DNA of 64,000 nt. Origin: Dehalococcoidia bacterium. Its GTDB lineage: Bacteria > Chloroflexota > Dehalococcoidia > UBA6926. The notes under the pieces were generated by a model. The model was not told the DNA's origin. It searched no databases and saw only the letters and a list, made by a program, of their open reading frames with translations. The position numbers and the translations under genes are program-made. Positions 28,197 to 37,583 of this stretch are shown here, piece after piece; within the stretch, counting starts at the first letter, position 1, and every line of letters starts with the position of its first letter. The stretch spans positions 96,001 through 160,000 of the forward strand of contig CAXXET010000008.1 of the NCBI GenBank assembly GCA_963666115.2, given 5' to 3'.

Positions 28197-30617
28197 ATGC
28201 GGGGGCGGGTTGGGTACGCGGGGCAGATTGTTCACGTGGAGTCTATGCCCCATAGCTCGGCGGCGTTTGGGCGGCTTCGCGCGTCTTTGAGTCCGCTGCT
28301 TCAGCATGCTTTGGAGTTGCGGGGCATCGAGCGATTTTATACTCACCAGGCTGAGGCTATCGATGCGCTTTTGGGCGGGGAGAACGTTGTGGTGGCTACG
28401 GGGACGGCGTCCGGGAAGAGTTTGTGCTATAACGTGCCTATTTTGAATGTGTGTGTGCCCGCGCGCCCTTCGACAGGCTCAGGGCGAACGGAGGGGTCAG
28501 GGCGAACGGATGGGGGGGCGGGGGCGACGGCGCTTTATTTGTTTCCTGCCAAGGCTTTGGCGCAGGATCAGTTGCGGGCGTTGAGTGAGTTGACGGCTCC
28601 CCTGCCCTCGCGGCCGGCGGCGGCGACGTATGACGGGGATACGCCGCAGCATGAGCGCGCGGCTATCCGCAAGAATGTGCGGCTGCTGCTCACCAATCCG
28701 GAGATGCTGCATGTGGGCATCCTGCCCAACCACCGGCTGTGGTCGCGGTTCCTGCGCCGCCTGCGCTTCGTGGTGATCGACGAGGGGCACATGTACCGGG
28801 GGGTGTTCGGCTCGCACGTCGCGATGCTGGTCCGGCGGCTGCGCCGCATCTGCCGGCGGTACGGGGCGAACCCGCAGTTCATCGTGACGTCGGCCACGCT
28901 GGGCAATCCGAAGGAGCACGCGGAGGGGCTGACGGGGCTGCCGATGACGGCGATCACGGAGGACGGGGCGCCGACGGCGGGGCGGGAGTTCGCGCTGTGG
29001 AATCCGCCGATCATCGACGATGCGACGGGGGCGCGGCGCAGCGTGCTGGCGGAGGGGGCGGAGTTGTTTTCGTGGCTCGTGGCGACGGGGACGCGGACGC
29101 TGTCGTTCGTGCGGACGCGGCAGGCGGCGGAGTTGATGTATCGCATCTCGGAGGAGAACCTGCAGCGGCACGGGACGGCGGATGCGCGGGTGAGCTCCTA
29201 CCGGGCCGGGTACGTGCCGGAGGAGCGGCGGGAGATCGAGGCGAAGCTGTCGAGCGGGGAGTTGACGGGGGTGGTGACAACGAACGCGCTGGAGTTGGGC
29301 ATCGACATCGGCCACCTGGACGCGACGGTGATCAACGGGTATCCGGGGTCGCTTGCGGCGACGTTCCAGCAGTCGGGGCGGTCCGGGCGGCGGGGGGAGC
29401 GGGGGCTGTCCATCATGGTGCTGTACGACAACCCGCTGGAGCAGTACCTGGCGCGGCACCCGGACATCCTGTTCCGGCGGGGAATGGAGTACGCGCGCAT
29501 CTCCACCACCAACCCGCGCATCCTCGACCCGCACCTGGTGTGCGCGGCGGTCGAGGCGCCCATCGGCGAGATACCGGGGGACGCGGAGTTGTTCGGGGGC
29601 GGCGAGGTCGTGGCGGCGTCGCTGGAGCGGCTGACGCGGGAGAGTTTTCTAATCGGGCGGGACCGGCGCGGGGCGGAACGGTGGCACGCGCACCCAAAGG
29701 CGGGGGCGCACCCGGCGAGCGACGTTTCGCTGCGGTCAACGTCCGGGGACAACTACACACTGGTGGAGGAGCGGACGGGCGCGGTGCTGGAGACCATTGC
29801 GGAGGAGCACGCCTTCGGCTACGCGCATGAGGGGGCGGTGTACCTGCACCGGGGCGAGCAGTTCCAGGTGAATGAGCTGAACCTGGCGACGAGGAACGCG
29901 ATGCTGCAACGGACGAACGTGGAGTACTACACGACCTCGATGGCGTCCACGGACATGACGGTGCTCAAGGCGGATCGGGAGAAGCAGGAGGGGGCGGCGA
30001 CGGTATTCGTCGGGGACGTGCAGGTGGAGCGGTCGGTGTATCGATTCAGCCGCCGCCGGCATGACCGGAACGACGTGCTCTCCTACGGCGACGTGGACCT
30101 GCCGCCGCGCAGCTTCGAGACGGTGGGGCTGTGGTGGACGGTTCCCAGGAAGATGGTCGATCGGCTCAAGCGGGAGGCGCCCAGGCCCCGGATTGTGATA
30201 GCGCCGGGGGGCGTGGACGCCACGGCCATCGCGGAGGCCAGGCGCGCGATGGAGGACGCGTTCGTCGCGAGCGCGCTGCATGCCGCCGAGCACGCGTGCA
30301 TCAGCCTGCTGCCGCTGTTCGCGCTGTGCGACAGGAACGACATCGGCGGGCTGTCGACGCCGTATCACCCGGACACGAAGGAGGCGACGATCTTCATCTA
30401 CGACGGCATCCCGGGCGGCGTGGGCATCGCGGAGCGGGGCTACGACGTGGCGCGGGAGTTGTGGCAGGAGACGCTCACGATGCTGAACGAGTGCCCGTGC
30501 GAGGAGGGCTGCCCGTCATGCGTGCAGTCGCCGAAGTGCGGGAACAATAACGAGATGCTGGATAAGCGGGGGGCGCGGCTTTTGTTGGAGATGCTGGTCA
30601 ATACTGAGACGGCGTAA
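28197..30617 (+). CDS. mrfA: DEAD/DEAH helicase with DUF1998 (MrfA/YprA/Hrq1 family); start uncertain
   Basis: TGTASGKS, DEGH, SAT, TNALELGIDIG, YDGIPGGVG, CPCEEGCPSC. Confidence 0.88.
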   Translation: MRGRVGYAGQIVHVESMPHSSAAFGRLRASLSPLLQHALELRGIERFYTHQAEAIDALLGGENVVVATGTASGKSLCYNVPILNVCVPARPSTGSGRTEGSGRTDGGAGATALYLFPAKALAQDQLRALSELTAPLPSRPAAATYDGDTPQHERAAIRKNVRLLLTNPEMLHVGILPNHRLWSRFLRRLRFVVIDEGHMYRGVFGSHVAMLVRRLRRICRRYGANPQFIVTSATLGNPKEHAEGLTGLPMTAITEDGAPTAGREFALWNPPIIDDATGARRSVLAEGAELFSWLVATGTRTLSFVRTRQAAELMYRISEENLQRHGTADARVSSYRAGYVPEERREIEAKLSSGELTGVVTTNALELGIDIGHLDATVINGYPGSLAATFQQSGRSGRRGERGLSIMVLYDNPLEQYLARHPDILFRRGMEYARISTTNPRILDPHLVCAAVEAPIGEIPGDAELFGGGEVVAASLERLTRESFLIGRDRRGAERWHAHPKAGAHPASDVSLRSTSGDNYTLVEERTGAVLETIAEEHAFGYAHEGAVYLHRGEQFQVNELNLATRNAMLQRTNVEYYTTSMASTDMTVLKADREKQEGAATVFVGDVQVERSVYRFSRRRHDRNDVLSYGDVDLPPRSFETVGLWWTVPRKMVDRLKREAPRPRIVIAPGGVDATAIAEARRAMEDAFVASALHAAEHACISLLPLFALCDRNDIGGLSTPYHPDTKEATIFIYDGIPGGVGIAERGYDVARELWQETLTMLNECPCEEGCPSCVQSPKCGNNNEMLDKRGARLLLEMLVNTETA
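28466..28510 (+). repeat. Repeat family B (CCCTTCGACAGGCTCAGGGCGAACGG) inserted in frame in the helicase
   Basis: Same motif intergenic at about 28132, 45692, 56896, 56986 and reversed at about 53797, 53957. Confidence 0.8.
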
Positions 30618-30627
30618 GGGGGCAGTT

Positions 30628-30742
30628 AGATTCCCGCTTTCGCGGGAATGACGGATTGGGGCGGGAATGACGGAGTGGGGCGCGGGGGTGACGGACTGAT
30701 GCGGGAATGAATGGCGGACTAATGCGGGAGTGACGGACTGAT
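30628..30742 (+). repeat. Family A repeat followed by decaying tandem GCGGGA(A/G)TGACGGA units
   Basis: About five degenerate tandem units downstream of the helicase. Confidence 0.75.
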
Positions 30743-30803
30743 AAGAGGGGGTGGCGTTATTCGGACGCGGAGTGTTCGCATTGATTCTAGCGGGGGGATT
30801 GTT

Positions 30804-31421
30804 TTGGAGGGGCAGCTTGACCTGCCGGATGAAACCACGCCGGCGGCGGGCGTGGTGGTCTGCCATCCGCATCCGCAGTACGGCGGGGAGATGACGAACA
30901 ACGTGGTGATGGCCGTTTCGTCGTCGATTGTGGCGTACGGGCTGGCGGCGCTGCGGTTCAATTTCCGGGGCGTTGGGCGCAGCGGCGGGTCGTATGACAA
31001 CGGCATCGGCGAGCAGGACGACGCGCTGGCGGCATTGGAGGCCCTGGCGTCGGGGGCAGTCGCGGATGAGCTGCCGGACGGGCTGCGCGTCGCGCTGGCG
31101 GGGTATTCGTTTGGGGGCGGGGTGGCGCTGGGGGCGGCTACGCGAGCGGAGAACCTGATGGCCCTGGCGTTGATCTCACCGGCGATGGGGGACGGGGATG
31201 CGGAGGGGTATGCGTCGTTGACGATGCCGAAGCTCATCGCGACGGGGGAGGCGGACAATTTCGCGACGGTGGAGCGCGTGAGAGGTTTGGCGGGGATGCT
31301 GCCGGGGGCGACGGAGATCTACATCGCGCCGCAGACGGATCACTTTTGGTGGGGGGAAGAGATGACCCTGGGGCGGCGTGTGGGGGAGTTTATGGGGGCG
31401 GCTCTTCGTCGCAGCGGGTAG
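30804..31421 (+). CDS. Alpha/beta hydrolase
   Basis: CHPHPQYGG.MTNNVV, RFNFRGVGRS, GYSFG, DHFW. Confidence 0.88.
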   Translation: MEGQLDLPDETTPAAGVVVCHPHPQYGGEMTNNVVMAVSSSIVAYGLAALRFNFRGVGRSGGSYDNGIGEQDDALAALEALASGAVADELPDGLRVALAGYSFGGGVALGAATRAENLMALALISPAMGDGDAEGYASLTMPKLIATGEADNFATVERVRGLAGMLPGATEIYIAPQTDHFWWGEEMTLGRRVGEFMGAALRRSG

Positions 31422-31432
31422 GCAAGGCGCGC

Positions 31433-31484
31433 TTGCCACCAACCGACCTTGACGATACAATCGCTCTATCACACGATATAATCG
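31433..31484 (+). promoter_or_regulatory. fic promoter with tandem palindromic operators
   Basis: TTGCCA-17 bp-TACAAT; CGATACAATCG (31453) and CGATATAATCG (31474). Confidence 0.6.
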
Positions 31485-31565
31485 TGTGGTCGTGATGATT
31501 AATCGTTTAATCGATTGATCCTCTACGGCGGCGCAACAGTCGCTCAGTCGGCCACGGAGGTTGCC

Positions 31566-32654
31566 ATGCTGTATCTCAGATTCGCGCTGTCTGACGAGGC
31601 GCGGGAGCAATTGGATGCGCTGCGCCAGGCACGGGACACGCTGGAGCGCGGCATGATCGAGCCGAGTCCGGTGTTCGGAGAATTGCGTCGCCATGCCATT
31701 GCGGCAAGCGTCCACTATTCTACACGCATCGAGGGCAACAGGCTCACGCTCGCCCAGGTGACGAGCCTTTTGCGGGGGGAACAGGTTTCAGCACAAGAAC
31801 ACTATATCCAGGAGGTCATCAACTACTGGGAGGCGATTCAATATGCACGGCAACGGGGCGCTCAAGGTGTTGGGGCTGTATCCGACGACAGCATCCAGAG
31901 CATCCACTTCCTGGTTTCCAAGTCACTGCAGGGCTTCTACAACCCGGGCCGCTACCGGACAGAACAGAATAACGTCGTAGACAGCGCGAGCGGGCAAGTC
32001 GTCTTTCGTCCCCCACCGCCTGAGGCCGTGGGACCGCTCATGACGGAATTGGTGGAATGGCTGAACACGGTGGGCCGCCAGCACAGCGTATACGTGCGCG
32101 CGGCGCTGGCCCACCTGAACTTTGTGGCTATTCACCCGTTTGGCGACGGGAACGGCAGAACCGGCCGCATCCTGGAGGCGCTGCTGTTCTACGCCGAGGG
32201 CTACATGTCCCATGAACTCATCTCATTGGAGGAGTTCTTTGGCCGCGAGACGCAGGCCTACTATATGGCTCTCAATTCGTCGCTCGGCCCCGTGTATCGA
32301 CCAGAGGAAGTGGATGTGTCTCGTTGGGTCAACTACTACGTGCACGCCCACTTCACGCAGGCCACCGCCGCCGTCGGAAGACAGGAGAAGGTTGCTGCTC
32401 AGGTCAGTGCTCTTGCTGCCGCGTTCAACCTTGAGCAAGCGCAAGCACTCGCCCTCTACCTTGCCTGCACGGACGGCTCCATCACAAACAGCAGCTATCG
32501 TGACTTGGCGGGGGTGTCAAACCAAACGGCAGTCCAGCATCTCACCAGACTGGTCGACCAGGGCGTACTGCGTCGGACGGGAGGCGGGCGCGCCACGCGG
32601 TATGAACCCACCGAGCGCGTTCGTGATGTGTTTGAGTCCGCCACGCCAACGTAG
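31566..32654 (+). CDS. Fic family protein with inhibitory helix and C-terminal wHTH
   Basis: STRIEGN, HPFGDGNGRTGR, ITNSSYRDL...TAVQHLTRLV..G. Confidence 0.9.
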   Translation: MLYLRFALSDEAREQLDALRQARDTLERGMIEPSPVFGELRRHAIAASVHYSTRIEGNRLTLAQVTSLLRGEQVSAQEHYIQEVINYWEAIQYARQRGAQGVGAVSDDSIQSIHFLVSKSLQGFYNPGRYRTEQNNVVDSASGQVVFRPPPPEAVGPLMTELVEWLNTVGRQHSVYVRAALAHLNFVAIHPFGDGNGRTGRILEALLFYAEGYMSHELISLEEFFGRETQAYYMALNSSLGPVYRPEEVDVSRWVNYYVHAHFTQATAAVGRQEKVAAQVSALAAAFNLEQAQALALYLACTDGSITNSSYRDLAGVSNQTAVQHLTRLVDQGVLRRTGGGRATRYEPTERVRDVFESATPT

Positions 32655-32761
32655 CTTCCGCTGAGCCGCTACGGCGACCATTCGCTCAACGAGGATGTCC
32701 CCGCCCCTCCGCTTGGAGGGGCGGGGACGCTTGCCGTCCGAGTATCTGAGTCGAGTGCCAG

Positions 32762-33853
32762 TTAGCCCTTGGTGGGGAGGGTGGCTATTACCGGGCCGGG
32801 GCCTACGGAGGTGTTGCCGTTGGTGGAGAGGACGGAGGTGAGCTCCAGCTCGACGAGGTTCTCGCCGTTCTCCTGCCACTTGCGCTTGACCGTGCCGCCC
32901 GTGACGACGGTGTCGCCGACGGTGCTGAAGACGCGCATGCGGAAGGAGCCGATCTGCTTGATCGCGCCGCCCAGCCCGATGAACTCTCGCGCGACGCGCT
33001 CCCACATGCCGTTGTGGAAGTAGTTCATGGCGTACATGTCCGCCGCGCCGCCCTCCTGCGCCACGTGGGTGTTGTGGTGGATGGCGTTGAAATCGCGGTT
33101 CGCGCCCGCGGCCATGACCATGCGCTGGATGGTCAGCGGGTAGTGGACGGCGGGCACCTCATCGCCCTCGTTCACGTCCTCCCAGTAGCGCTGGAAGTCC
33201 CAGTCGATGGCCGGGTTGGCGCGGGGCTCGATGGCGCGCGCGGGCTTCTCGGCGTCGCCGCCACCGGAGGCGGCTGCGGCAGCGGCCTGCGGGTTGGGGA
33301 TGTAGGTGTAGCTGACCATGATCTGGCGGCCAACAGGCTCGCCATCCTGGTTGTTCCAGTAGTACTCGTAGCGGAGGAACGCGCCGTCGCCGACTCGCGT
33401 CTTGCGCGGGTTGACGTCGAGCAGCACCTGGGATACCTGCGAGACGCGGTCGCCGAGGTAGAGCGGCCTCAGCGTCTCGACCTCGAGGTCCGTAACGAAG
33501 CCGGCGGTGCCGGGCGACGGGACTTGCAGGGTCTTGCCCGCGCGGCCCGTGCCGGAGTTGCTGTAGTGCGGGTCGTCCGTCGGCCAGATGGAGCCCATCC
33601 CCGGCTCCCACATGGAGCCCTGTTGGAAGACCTGGATCATGTGGGCGGGGGCGAAGATGCCCTCGTAGCCGTACCTGCGCGCGACGGCCTCATCGAAGTG
33701 CAGCGGGCAGTCGAACTCCAGCGTTTCCATCTGGCGGCGGATGCCGCTCTGCTCGACGGCGTCGATGCCGGTCTTCGGCTCGAGCATGATGTCCTTGCCG
33801 AGGAATTCCCGCGTTGGGCCCCATTCCAGTTCCGAGTCGTTGTTTGAGGTCAT
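32762..33853 (-). CDS. Double hot-dog (MaoC-like) dehydratase
   Basis: PLHFDEAVARRYGY, ANRDFNAIHHN, VGDTV. Confidence 0.8.
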   Translation of the reverse strand: MTSNNDSELEWGPTREFLGKDIMLEPKTGIDAVEQSGIRRQMETLEFDCPLHFDEAVARRYGYEGIFAPAHMIQVFQQGSMWEPGMGSIWPTDDPHYSNSGTGRAGKTLQVPSPGTAGFVTDLEVETLRPLYLGDRVSQVSQVLLDVNPRKTRVGDGAFLRYEYYWNNQDGEPVGRQIMVSYTYIPNPQAAAAAASGGGDAEKPARAIEPRANPAIDWDFQRYWEDVNEGDEVPAVHYPLTIQRMVMAAGANRDFNAIHHNTHVAQEGGAADMYAMNYFHNGMWERVAREFIGLGGAIKQIGSFRMRVFSTVGDTVVTGGTVKRKWQENGENLVELELTSVLSTNGNTSVGPGPVIATLPTKG

Positions 33854-34053
33854 TGTCTTCTCCTTACCCCTTAGCCCTTGTTCTGCCTGTGGCGCGCCTC
33901 GACGCGCCGGACAGGGCAATAGTGGCGTATTGCGCGTTCCCGCGCAAGTGGATGGCGACAGGACGTCGTGAAGAGCGACCAGTAGGTATACTTAAGCTGG
34001 GAATATGTGCGGGCTACTCTGGGCCCAACCGGCAGCCCGAAAGGATGGGATGG

Positions 34054-34737
34054 ATGAATACTGAAGCTCGGCCGAAAAGGCAATCTCACTCATTTGAGGT
34101 CAACGCTATTCTGTGGGTCGCCAAGGCTTCGGAAGAACAGATACGAGGGTTCTTTGTCGACACTGTGGGTGTCAAGAAGAACCGTCTGCAATCAGACCTG
34201 CACCTAACTGTCTACCATGGACGGAGGGTGTTGCCTACACTCACCGAACAGGATGAAGCCGTAACCATCACTCTGCCTACTGTGGAGACACGGTTCATGG
34301 TACTAGCGCCAGGAGGGGAAAATCCGCGTGCTGATCTAGATCTCAATTCTCTTCCGGTAGGAATTCGGCTTACCAAACGAAATTCGGCTATTCATGTCAT
34401 CCAAGATTTGCGCCGCCAAATCTACAGCAGGGAGAATAAGAGGGTTTTGGGTCAGCGCTCTCCTACCACAGCATGGAGAAACGCCTTCGGTTCCCGACAC
34501 TATCAACCGCACATACAACTACTGAAGCCTTGGCACAAGATCAGTGCCCAACTGACCGAGTTCGGAGAACTGTTTAGGTCACAGGTTGATGTCATTGAAT
34601 TTGACAGATTCCAAATTGCAGCAAGGCACAGGATCAATGGAAAGTGGGTGAAGGGTAGCATGACATCTTTGCCTGAGTCCGGCTATCCTGCTCTCACAGA
34701 TGAACAGGCAGATCGGTTGCGGGAGCGGCGGCGATGA
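34054..34737 (+). CDS. Hypothetical protein, possible 2H phosphoesterase fold
   Basis: LHLTV and YQPHIQL resemble the paired HxT motifs; lower GC. Confidence 0.45.
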   Translation: MNTEARPKRQSHSFEVNAILWVAKASEEQIRGFFVDTVGVKKNRLQSDLHLTVYHGRRVLPTLTEQDEAVTITLPTVETRFMVLAPGGENPRADLDLNSLPVGIRLTKRNSAIHVIQDLRRQIYSRENKRVLGQRSPTTAWRNAFGSRHYQPHIQLLKPWHKISAQLTEFGELFRSQVDVIEFDRFQIAARHRINGKWVKGSMTSLPESGYPALTDEQADRLRERRR

Positions 34738-35050
34738 CCAGGGCAAGCCAATTGAACTACTGCCCGGGGCGGTGCAAGATGCCCGCGCCTTCCTTCGTAG
34801 CGAAGGCGAGACGTATCGGCGGATTCAACGGGTCACAGAATTGATTAACGGCTTTGAGACCCCTACGGGCCTCGAACTTCTCACCACCGTTCATTGGGTT
34901 GCCAAGCACGACGGCGCGGACACGCCCGAGAAGGCCGTCCAGGCCACCTATGCCTGGAACGAGCGCAAACGACAGTTCACTGAACGGCATATCCGCATCG
35001 CCTTTGAGCGGCTGGAGGAGCAGGGCTGGCTGTCGCCATCGACTACGTAG
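34723..35050 (+). pseudogene. C-terminal remnant of a DarG-like antitoxin (macrodomain missing)
   Basis: GGDD..K.IELLPGAV, GFETPTGLELLTTVHWV, WNERKRQF, L..QGW. Confidence 0.65.
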
Positions 35051-35609
35051 CGAGTGGGCCGCCGGACGGCCACCCTAGCAAACCCCTCTCTTCAATGCCG
35101 GCGAACCATTCGACGAAATCCGGGATGAGTCTGTCGTTCGCCTTGCTTTTGTGGCCCCGGCGGGCTATCAGCCCTGTGAGATTGGCGGGGAGAGGCGGCC
35201 CGTCGCCGCCCCAATAGATGAAATCGTGGCCGATCAACACATATTGGCCGCGAAGATCGTGATCGATGTGCCTGAATGTGTGGCGAGATCGCTCCTGCTG
35301 CCATTCGCCTGATTCGTTCGTGTGGTAGATATTGTCGCCGACCACTGCGATGCCGCCCGCGCTCCTATCAGGCCGCTTGGCGTGGAAACGCTCGTCAAGC
35401 CAATAGTCGTCGAATTCCAGAATCTCATCGACTTTCATGGCATAGACAACCGTGTTGCCCAAATGCCTGCGCGCAAGCCCGACGATGTAGTCGCCCACCT
35501 TTGCGGTTCTGCGGATGGCAGGTTTGCAGCACGCGACGGTGCACACGCCATGGAACGGATTGGGCGCGAACCCATGGTCACTCGCCACGATGTAAGAATA
35601 GAGGGTCAT
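35043..35609 (-). CDS. Nucleotide modification associated domain 2 (Nmad2) protein
   Basis: YSYIV..DHGFAPNPFHGVCTVACCKPAIRRTAKVGD, GDNIY. Confidence 0.8.
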   Translation of the reverse strand: MTLYSYIVASDHGFAPNPFHGVCTVACCKPAIRRTAKVGDYIVGLARRHLGNTVVYAMKVDEILEFDDYWLDERFHAKRPDRSAGGIAVVGDNIYHTNESGEWQQERSRHTFRHIDHDLRGQYVLIGHDFIYWGGDGPPLPANLTGLIARRGHKSKANDRLIPDFVEWFAGIEERGLLGWPSGGPLAT

Positions 35610-35748
35610 AGGTGTATCAGCCTCCTGATTCATTCTAGGGCTACAGCCCTCCGCCTGTGCGGCGTCCCTGCTACAATCGCGGGGCGCGGGAATGACGGGG
35701 GGCCGGGGGATTGGCGGTATGCTTTTGTGGAGGTGAAAGGGGGTTGCA

Positions 35749-37506
35749 ATGATGATGAATTCCGGCGGGCGGCGCTATTCCGAGTGGTTCGCCGCGCTTA
35801 GCAATAGGCATAGCAAGGAGGTGGCGCGCTGGGCCCTCGACCATCGACGTGATGTGTCCGAGGATGCCCGCAACCACCTGAATGAGGCGATCAGCATGGA
35901 CGTCCGCCTCAACGGGTTCAGGGGGGCAAAGGCGCCCGATGCGCCAGTAGAGATCCTGGTGAATCCCGTAAGCGCTGCGGCTCGCGCGAATGGACGGGTG
36001 GCGAATGCAGTCTTTGGGGTTTGGTGGGAATCAAAGGTCGAGTTAAAACGACTGATCACGGATGCCCTCCTAAAAGACATGGGGGAACGCGAATTCAAAC
36101 TTGAGGGAGGGGAGCCAACGCAAGAGGAATTCGAGGAACACCTCAACGCGGCCGCCGACGCGGTGCTGGCAGAGAATCCATCTCTTGAGGAGCACGAGGT
36201 CCGGTTGATGGCGTATCTGACGGGAGACCAGGCCGACGTCAGCTACCGCGACTGGCTGCATGACACGACCGCTGCGGAAAACGCCATGATGGAGGAGGCG
36301 CTTGGGGAGGGGGAGCTTGTTACCTCGGCGGATGGGGAGCGGGTGTTCGCTAGCGTGATGGAGGGGATGGCCTCGCTGCCCGCCGACGCGCCGGATTGGG
36401 ACGCGCCGTTCTTCCGGCTTGCGCATCGTCTTGAGGAGTTGCGCACGGGCAAGCTGGATGAGCGGGCTGTCGTCGCATTCCTCGAGGAGCGGCTCGCCGC
36501 CATGGTTGAGAGGCACGCGGAGACGCTGCCGTTCTTCGAGTGGGACCCGGCTGAGAAGCTGTCGAATCGATCCGGGCCATGGAGCGATGCCGTCGCGCTC
36601 AGCGAGGCGGTGGATCGCCTGGAGGCGGCGCTGCATGAATTTACGCGCATCCGGGAGATGGGGGCGACTTACAGCGAGGAACGCGAGCGGGCGGATCGTC
36701 GTGTCACTCTGCAAGACGAGATTCTGACTACGCTTGAGGCCATTGAAGTCTCGGCGGCGCCGCCTTCACCGGAGGAGAGTGGGGAGAACGGCGTTGCTGT
36801 TCCTGACGCGAGCGCGGAACTTGCCCAACTCCATGAGCAGGCGGACTCGCTGCAGGAGCAGCGCGACCGGGCCGAACAGGAGCGGGATGATGCGAGGACG
36901 CGAATCGGCGAACTCGAAGCGGAGCGGGACGATGCGGCGCAGACACGCGATGACCTGCGGAAGGAGAATGATGAGCTTCGCCAGCAGAAGGCCGAACTCC
37001 AACGCAACCTGGAGAATATGCGGCTGACGTACATCGATTCCCAGCGCGCCGGCGAGTCCGGGGAGACGGTTCCTGATTTCCAGGACGTTGCCGCAGCGCT
37101 GGACTACGTTGAGGGCCGCTGGCCGGACAAACTGCGCATCGCGCTCAACAGCAGCTCTGACCGCAAGCTGGTTTTTGATCAGCCCAACCAGCTGTACACG
37201 GCGCTGGAGTGGCTTGCGACGGTTTACCGCGATGCCAGGATGGGGGAGCGGACGGACCTGAAGGAATCGCTTGCGGCGGCGTGCAATTGGGACTACGTGC
37301 CGCAACAGTCCGAGGTGACGATGGGGAAGTACCCGTCCTATTACGAGACGGTTGACGATGGCGTCACGTTCCGGCTGGAGCCGCACATCGGACGGGGGAT
37401 CAACCGCGGCACGGGGCAGATTCGCGTGGCGTTCGCGTGGGACGATGAGCGAGAGGTCGTGGTCGTCGGATACGTTGGGCGCCATCAGCACACGGACGCG
37501 AGTTGA
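35749..37506 (+). CDS. Coiled-coil protein with possible RelE-like C-terminal domain
   Basis: Heptad-rich E/Q/R segment; C-terminal PHIGRG...IRVAFAWD....VVVGYVGRH. Confidence 0.6.
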   Translation: MMMNSGGRRYSEWFAALSNRHSKEVARWALDHRRDVSEDARNHLNEAISMDVRLNGFRGAKAPDAPVEILVNPVSAAARANGRVANAVFGVWWESKVELKRLITDALLKDMGEREFKLEGGEPTQEEFEEHLNAAADAVLAENPSLEEHEVRLMAYLTGDQADVSYRDWLHDTTAAENAMMEEALGEGELVTSADGERVFASVMEGMASLPADAPDWDAPFFRLAHRLEELRTGKLDERAVVAFLEERLAAMVERHAETLPFFEWDPAEKLSNRSGPWSDAVALSEAVDRLEAALHEFTRIREMGATYSEERERADRRVTLQDEILTTLEAIEVSAAPPSPEESGENGVAVPDASAELAQLHEQADSLQEQRDRAEQERDDARTRIGELEAERDDAAQTRDDLRKENDELRQQKAELQRNLENMRLTYIDSQRAGESGETVPDFQDVAAALDYVEGRWPDKLRIALNSSSDRKLVFDQPNQLYTALEWLATVYRDARMGERTDLKESLAAACNWDYVPQQSEVTMGKYPSYYETVDDGVTFRLEPHIGRGINRGTGQIRVAFAWDDEREVVVVGYVGRHQHTDAS

Positions 37507-37583
37507 TGCGTGCATACTGCTACAATCGCGGGGCACGGAAGGTTGTAGGTTCCCGCTTTCGCGGGAATGACAGGGGGTTATTA

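Noticed and set aside
27807-28346. N-terminal 180 aa of the 510-aa ORF 26814-28346 and the 5' extension of the helicase ORF
   Set aside because: Translation through repeat mosaic and promoter sequence; real starts lie further in
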